From an uncultured Gammaproteobacteria bacterium (GTDB taxonomy: Bacteria > Patescibacteriota > Patescibacteriia > Magasanikbacterales > UBA922): a stretch of 64,000 nucleotides of DNA. The stretch is from positions 476,223 through 540,222 of the forward strand of contig OZ246405.1 in the NCBI GenBank assembly GCA_965231005.1. The letters run 5' to 3'. The notes below the pieces were generated by a model, which worked only from the letters and a program-made list of their open reading frames with translations, searched no databases and was not told the DNA's origin. The stretch's first letter is position 1. The number at the start of each line of letters is the position of its first letter. A program made the position numbers and the translations under genes. This document shows positions 59,701 to 64,000 of the stretch, in pieces.

Positions 59701-61575
59701 ATGCCATTTAAGCCAGAATCCGCAGGAGCGGGCAGACAACGTTCCGGAAAACTGCAGAAGAAGCAGGGAAAGGAACAAGAATTGAAAAAAGAATTGATTT
59801 CGATTGAAGAAGAACGAACCTACCGAGAGGGAACTGTTGCTATCCGTGACTTGATCGCTCCATCTACATTTCGTGTTGAATCAAACTTTATCCAGCTTGG
59901 TGATGTTTTTTTGCGCACCATTTTTGTTATTAGTTATCCACGGTATATTTCTGTTGGATGGAGTTCTCCACTCCTCAACTTAAATATGACAATGGATGTT
60001 TCAATGTTTTTCTATCCTGTTCCATCGCCAATTATTTTAAAACAATTAAAAAAGAAGGTTGGAGCACTGCAAGCACAGCTCAGTGCAGATGCAGAAAAAG
60101 GTGCGCCACGAGATCCAATTCGTGAAACGGCTCTTCGTGACATTGAACAGCTTCGTGACGATCTTACCCAAGGAATTGAACATTTTTTCCAATTTGGATT
60201 TTATGTCACTATTTATGCAAAAGAAAAAGAACAGCTCGAGCAAATAAGTGAAGATATTGAAAATATTTTTGGTTCAAAACTTATTTATACAAAAAATGTT
60301 TTGTTCCAGGCTGAACAAGGATTTACATCAACACTGCCACTTGGAATAGATGAACTTATGGTTGGATTTAATATGAATTCTTCACCAATTGCATCATCGT
60401 TTCCATTTATGTCTTCAGAACTTACCAGTGACGATGGTATTTTGTATGGAGTAAATAGACATAATAATAGTTTGATATTATTTGATAGATTTACCATGCA
60501 AAATGCAAATATGGTTGTGTTTGCTACATCTGGTGCTGGTAAATCATACGCAGTGAAACTCGAAGTGCTTCGAAGTCTGATGCTTGGAACAGAAGTGATT
60601 ATTATTGATCCAGAAATGGAATATGTGCACCTTACAGAAGCGGTTGGTGGAACATTTGTGAATATTTCTCTTGCATCTGAAAGTAAAGTAAACCCATTTG
60701 ACTTGCCACGACCAGTTGGTCAGCAGATTTCAACAGAAGATGTTATTCGTAGTGCAGTTATTACAGTAAAAGGAATGCTTCGGATTATGTTTGGCAAGAT
60801 TACACCGCAAGAAGATTCTATTTTGGATCGTGCACTCCTTGAAACATATGCAAAAAAAGATATTACACCAGCAAGTGATTTGGCAACAGTTGAATCTCCA
60901 ATTATGCAAGACTTGCTTGATGTGCTCGAAGGAATGGATGGTGCAAGTACCCTTGCATTAAAATTGAGAAAATATACAGAAGGGACATTTGCAGGATTGT
61001 TCAATGCACCAACAAATGTGAATATGGATAATCAATTGGTTGTATTTAGTGTGCGTGATCTAGAAGATGAGTTACGTCCAATGGCAATTTACTCTCTGAT
61101 TAGTTATATTTGGAATATTGTCCGAAGTGAACGAAAAAAACGTATTCTCATTATTGATGAGGCGTGGTGGCTTATGACGCACGAAGATAGTGCAAAGTTT
61201 GTCTATGCACTTGTAAAACGATGCAGAAAATATTATCTTGGAATTACAACAATTACACAAGATGTTAATGACTTTTTGCGATCTCAGTATGGTCAGGCAA
61301 TTGTGACAAATTCATCCATGCAGTTGCTGTTGAAACAATCTCCATCTGCCATTGAAACAATTCAAAAAACATTCCTTTTAACCGAAGGAGAAAAATTCTT
61401 ACTTCTTGAAAGTGCTGTTGGAGAAGGAATTTTCTTTGCGGGATTGAAACATGCAGCGATTAAAGTTGTTGCATCGTACACAGAAGACCAACTTATTACG
61501 TCAGATCCACAGCAACTTCTTGAAATAGAAAAAGCAAAAGCAGAATATGAAGCAGAGATTGCAGGACGGGGGTAA
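59701..61575 (+). CDS. virB4: VirB4/TraC/PrgJ-like type IV secretion ATPase (central and C-terminal domains)
   Basis: Walker A SGAGKSY and Walker B LIIDEAWW are present. The conserved segment GDVFLRTIFVISYPRYISVGW is also found. Confidence 0.85.
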   Translation: MPFKPESAGAGRQRSGKLQKKQGKEQELKKELISIEEERTYREGTVAIRDLIAPSTFRVESNFIQLGDVFLRTIFVISYPRYISVGWSSPLLNLNMTMDVSMFFYPVPSPIILKQLKKKVGALQAQLSADAEKGAPRDPIRETALRDIEQLRDDLTQGIEHFFQFGFYVTIYAKEKEQLEQISEDIENIFGSKLIYTKNVLFQAEQGFTSTLPLGIDELMVGFNMNSSPIASSFPFMSSELTSDDGILYGVNRHNNSLILFDRFTMQNANMVVFATSGAGKSYAVKLEVLRSLMLGTEVIIIDPEMEYVHLTEAVGGTFVNISLASESKVNPFDLPRPVGQQISTEDVIRSAVITVKGMLRIMFGKITPQEDSILDRALLETYAKKDITPASDLATVESPIMQDLLDVLEGMDGASTLALKLRKYTEGTFAGLFNAPTNVNMDNQLVVFSVRDLEDELRPMAIYSLISYIWNIVRSERKKRILIIDEAWWLMTHEDSAKFVYALVKRCRKYYLGITTITQDVNDFLRSQYGQAIVTNSSMQLLLKQSPSAIETIQKTFLLTEGEKFLLLESAVGEGIFFAGLKHAAIKVVASYTEDQLITSDPQQLLEIEKAKAEYEAEIAGRG

Positions 61576-61694
61576 TAGTTATTAGTTACTAGCTATTAGT
61601 TATTAGGTCATAGATAATCTGACTTACAATTACTAGATGAACGTACCAAGATTTTTAGTAACTATTAACTAATAACTATTAACTAGTAGAGAAT

Positions 61695-62276
61695 ATGTTA
61701 GATATTCGAAAAAGACTTTTCATCATTTTAGGTCTTGGAGCAGGGCTGATTCTTGTTGTTATTTTGATAATTATGTTTGCTTCAAAGTCTCCTGATGGGG
61801 AAAAAGATATTACAGTAGACACGTTTGTTCCTCAGCAAGTCATCAATACAGATTCAGATGATGCAAAAAGTGATGTGATTGTTCCACCAGACGTTACCAG
61901 TCCTTCTGTTGTGGAAGATGAAAATGAATTATACGCACGGCAAACTGCACGACTTTTTGTTGAAAGATTTTTAAGTTATTCAAATCAAAATAGTAATAAA
62001 CATATTGAAGACGTTCTTCCACTTGCAACAGCGCGGATGAAGCAGTGGATTGCTTCACAAGAAGTGGACGAAGGCACTGCATATGAAGGTGTAACAACAA
62101 AAGTTATTGCAAGTAGTATAAAATCAATTAGTAGTAACCAAGCAATAGTAAATTTTGGTGTGCAGCAAACAATTCAAACAATTACAAAAAAAGATATTAA
62201 GACTCGTGATGGACAACTTTACTTACTAAGGTCTGGCAGTGACTGGAAGGTAGATGGGTTGTTCTGGGATCGGTAA
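61695..62276 (+). CDS. Bitopic membrane protein (N-terminal TM plus about 165-aa extracytoplasmic domain); possible VirB8-like
   Basis: Topology and size only; no motif match. Confidence 0.35.
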   Translation: MLDIRKRLFIILGLGAGLILVVILIIMFASKSPDGEKDITVDTFVPQQVINTDSDDAKSDVIVPPDVTSPSVVEDENELYARQTARLFVERFLSYSNQNSNKHIEDVLPLATARMKQWIASQEVDEGTAYEGVTTKVIASSIKSISSNQAIVNFGVQQTIQTITKKDIKTRDGQLYLLRSGSDWKVDGLFWDR

Positions 62277-62280
62277 AAAA

Positions 62281-62421
62281 ACAATTAACAACTAACAATT
62301 AACAAACTATTTGGGTGCGGTAAGCCTCTGAATGTTCTTTTGAAGATTTACACGAACTGGATTCGTATAAAGAACCAAGAAAACTTGTTAATTGTTTTTT
62401 GTTAATTGCTAATTGTTTTAT
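62281..62421. repeat. MITE-like element, copy E (inverted relative to copy D)
   Basis: acaattaacaactaacaattaacaaac ... cttgttaattgttttttgttaattgctaattg terminal inverted repeats. The core matches the reverse complement of copy D. Confidence 0.6.
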
Positions 62422-62423
62422 AT

Positions 62424-63128
62424 ATGAAGGGGGGAATAAAAAGAATTTTTGAATTGTTGAAAGATTATATCTTTCCGCTATTTTGTCTGGGTTGTAAAAA
62501 AGAAGGAATGTGGGTGTGCAAAGATTGTTTGAATCAGATTGAAACTGTTGGGATATTTCAGTGTCCTGTTTGTGAAAAAGAAAATAAGAATGGACGATGT
62601 TGTGATAATTGTAAAACATCGTCTTTTTTGTTTTGGCATATTGCTGCGGGAAAATATAATGAAGATGAATTATTGGGAAAAATTATTTATCAACTTAAAT
62701 ATCAGTACGTCGAAGAAATGGGGGAGTATGTTTCTTTTTTTATAGAATCTTTTTTAGAAGCAAGAAAAAAAGATTTTTCTTCATTTGATTATATTATCCC
62801 AGTTCCATTGCATAAACGGCGTTTTGCAGAAAGGGGATTTAATCAAGCTGAACTGATTGCAAAGATATTTTCAGAACAAACAAACGTCCCTATTCTTGAT
62901 TGCTTAAAACGACAACGATATACAAAACAGCAAGCACGATTGGATCGTGATAAACGTCAAAAAAATCTTGATAATGCATTTTTGCTTCATTCTCTTGAAC
63001 TAAAAAACAAAAAAATCATCCTTGTAGATGATGTGTTTACAACAGGGAGCACAATGCAAAGTTGTGCAAGGGTTTTAAAAGATGCTGGAGCAGGGGAGGT
63101 TGTTGGATTCACCTTAGCAAGAGGGTAA
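62424..63128 (+). CDS. comFC: ComF-family phosphoribosyltransferase with N-terminal double zinc-ribbon
   Basis: CLGC..C..C, CPVC and CCDNC cysteine pairs, plus the PRTase motif IILVDDVFTTGST. I chose ATG 62424; the longer ORF from TTG 62406 would extend into the repeat. Confidence 0.8.
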   Translation: MKGGIKRIFELLKDYIFPLFCLGCKKEGMWVCKDCLNQIETVGIFQCPVCEKENKNGRCCDNCKTSSFLFWHIAAGKYNEDELLGKIIYQLKYQYVEEMGEYVSFFIESFLEARKKDFSSFDYIIPVPLHKRRFAERGFNQAELIAKIFSEQTNVPILDCLKRQRYTKQQARLDRDKRQKNLDNAFLLHSLELKNKKIILVDDVFTTGSTMQSCARVLKDAGAGEVVGFTLARG

Positions 63129-63205
63129 TAAAAAACATGAACCCCGCGACGTGATAGTGCGAGGCCATGCCTTGCGTTCGCGTGCGGGGTGGTGAGTACG
63201 TTCTC

Positions 63206-63598
63206 CTAATTGGTTTCACGTTGTTCTTTTTGTTCTTTGTGAAGTCTTCTGACGAGCTCAGCGAGCTGAGATTTTTCGCAGGCGTGGCTACATCCTCGTT
63301 TGGTCATTTCATTCCTCAGGTTTTCCAAACCTGAAATCGCCACCATCGGTCCTGTGAATCCACGTCTTTTTCGAAGGTTTTTGATCAGCCAGAAGGAGTC
63401 AACGGTCAAGCTGTTGATGAGTCCGTCGACAGCAACGAGCCAGGGATTTTTGTGCGTCTCATCGAGCGCGTGGCTTGCCTCGCGAGCATCAACGGCGATC
63501 ACAACAGTGAAATCACCTGAAAGCGCGTCTCTGAAACGCGCATGCCATCCGCCTTCATCCTCTAGAATGAGAACAATGGGTTTGCGTTGTGTTGGCAT
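63206..63598 (-). CDS. High-GC stand-alone receiver (CheY-like REC) domain protein
   Basis: SD GGAGGT upstream of MPTQRKPIVLILEDE. Acidic pocket EDE, VAVDG and AISG beta-strand motifs are present. The 220-aa ORF extension beyond this start overlaps the tRNA genes and is rejected. Confidence 0.45.
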   Translation of the reverse strand: MPTQRKPIVLILEDEGGWHARFRDALSGDFTVVIAVDAREASHALDETHKNPWLVAVDGLINSLTVDSFWLIKNLRKRRGFTGPMVAISGLENLRNEMTKRGCSHACEKSQLAELVRRLHKEQKEQRETN

Positions 63599-63696
63599 GT
63601 CTACCTCCGAAAGAGTGTACTGGTAATCAGTACAATCATACCGAAGGAAGAAATTTACAATATGAAGATAGCAAAATATGAGTAAAAAGTCAATAA

Positions 63697-63722
63697 TAAA
63701 AACATCTTTTAAGATGTTTTTA
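63697..63722 (-). terminator. Rho-independent terminator downstream of tRNA-Ser(UGA)
   Basis: AAAACATCTT-ttaa-AAGATGTTTT with a T-rich tail on the minus strand. Confidence 0.6.
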
Positions 63723-63727
63723 TTTTG

Positions 63728-63814
63728 CGGAGAGGGAGGGATTCGAACCCTCGAAGGACTTTCATCCTTAACAGTTTTCAAGACTGCCGCCTTCAACCAC
63801 TCAGCCACCTCTCC
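63728..63814 (-). tRNA. tRNA-Ser (anticodon UGA), type II with long variable arm
   Basis: Reverse complement reads GGAGAGG-TG-GCT-GAGTGGTTGAA-GGC, anticodon loop CTTGAAA, variable arm TAAGGATGAAAGTCCTTC, T-arm GAGGG-TTCGAAT-CCCTC, acceptor CCTCTCC, discriminator G. Confidence 0.85.
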
Positions 63815-63889
63815 GTAATAAATTGTCTCGCCTCCCGCTTTCGCTCGTCTGCGGACTGCGTCCGCCATAGCCGAGCTACAGCGAGGCGA

Positions 63890-63979
63890 TGGCGGAGAGG
63901 AAGGGATTCGAACCCCCGGTACCCGTAAAGGTACAACACCTTAGCAAGGTGCCGCTTTCGACCACTCAGCCACCTCTCC
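63890..63979 (-). tRNA. tRNA-Ser (anticodon GCU), CCA encoded
   Basis: Reverse complement reads GGAGAGGTGGCTGAGTGGTCGAAAGCGGCACC, anticodon loop TTGCTAA, long variable arm, GGGGG-TTCGAAT-CCCTT, acceptor CCTCTCC and GCCA. Confidence 0.85.
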
Positions 63980-64000
63980 GTAAAGGAATATATATAGAAA

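Noticed and set aside
59685-59701. Programmed frameshift joining the two VirB4 ORFs
   Set aside because: A TAG lies in the downstream frame at 59695-59697 and the upstream frame ends at 59685. No single slip can produce a fusion, so I treat them as two genes or a disrupted gene instead.
63599-63868. Upstream part of the 220-aa minus-strand ORF
   Set aside because: It overlaps tRNA-Ser(UGA) and its terminator. An internal ATG with a GGAGGT SD at 63598 gives a compact REC domain.

Overview
This 64-kb window comes from a low-GC bacterial genome (by eye roughly mid-30s % G+C) that uses the standard genetic code, since very long ORFs are uninterrupted by TGA. Coding is dense, genes show strong linkage, and there are several giant secreted proteins. 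A small-genome, possibly episymbiotic or CPR-like organism is my inference only.

Part 1 - what is present:
- Housekeeping content:
  - a livHMGF-type ABC importer (5' truncated by the window edge) and a PHP-domain phosphoesterase;
  - a lysine-rich histone H1-like gene built from tandem DNA repeats;
  - an HD-domain protein, an RluA-family pseudouridine synthase, a guanylate-kinase homolog with a degenerate P-loop, rplS, uvrA and a DsbA-like oxidoreductase;
  - rpsB-tsf, and a lower-glycolysis cluster gap-pgk-[SIMPL/DUF541]-eno-gpmI-[four-helix-bundle protein]-gpmI paralog, then rsmA/ksgA.
- Accessory, surface-related block (about 37.3-63.1 kb):
  - giant Cys-rich secreted proteins of 3051 aa and 1668 aa;
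  - a Gram-positive-type minimal type-IV-secretion-like gene set: a PrgI/VirB3-like protein, a VirB4 ATPase split into two ORFs, a VirB6/TrbL-like polytopic protein, and a possible VirB8-like bitopic protein;
  - a ComFC phosphoribosyltransferase.
- RNA genes: tRNA-Ile(UAU) on the + strand, and tRNA-Ser(UGA) plus tRNA-Ser(GCU) on the - strand.

Part 2 - strongest observations:
- At least five short islets with clearly higher G+C (by eye about 50-60%) are embedded in the AT-rich backbone. Each encodes secreted or lipoproteins or a small regulator, and several carry consensus GGAGG Shine-Dalgarno sites.
- The largest islet sits beside tRNA-Ile, with a 40-bp exact duplicate of the tRNA 3' end and a second tRNA fragment nearby. 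It encodes a lipoprotein made of Dictyostelium-type Cys-rich (CTDC-like) repeats.
- A second, smaller islet lies on the 3' side of the tRNA-Ser pair.
- Two families of non-coding repeats recur in the accessory region:
  - an imperfect-palindrome element of about 130 bp, present in three copies;
  - a MITE-like element of about 145 bp with TTGTTAATTG terminal inverted repeats, present as an inverted pair bracketing a 5.6-kb T4SS-like gene block.
- A conserved 56-nt block followed by an extended -10 (TGGTATAAT) is shared by the promoters of the two giant surface-protein operons.

No CRISPR array, integrase, reverse transcriptase or transposase ORF was seen.
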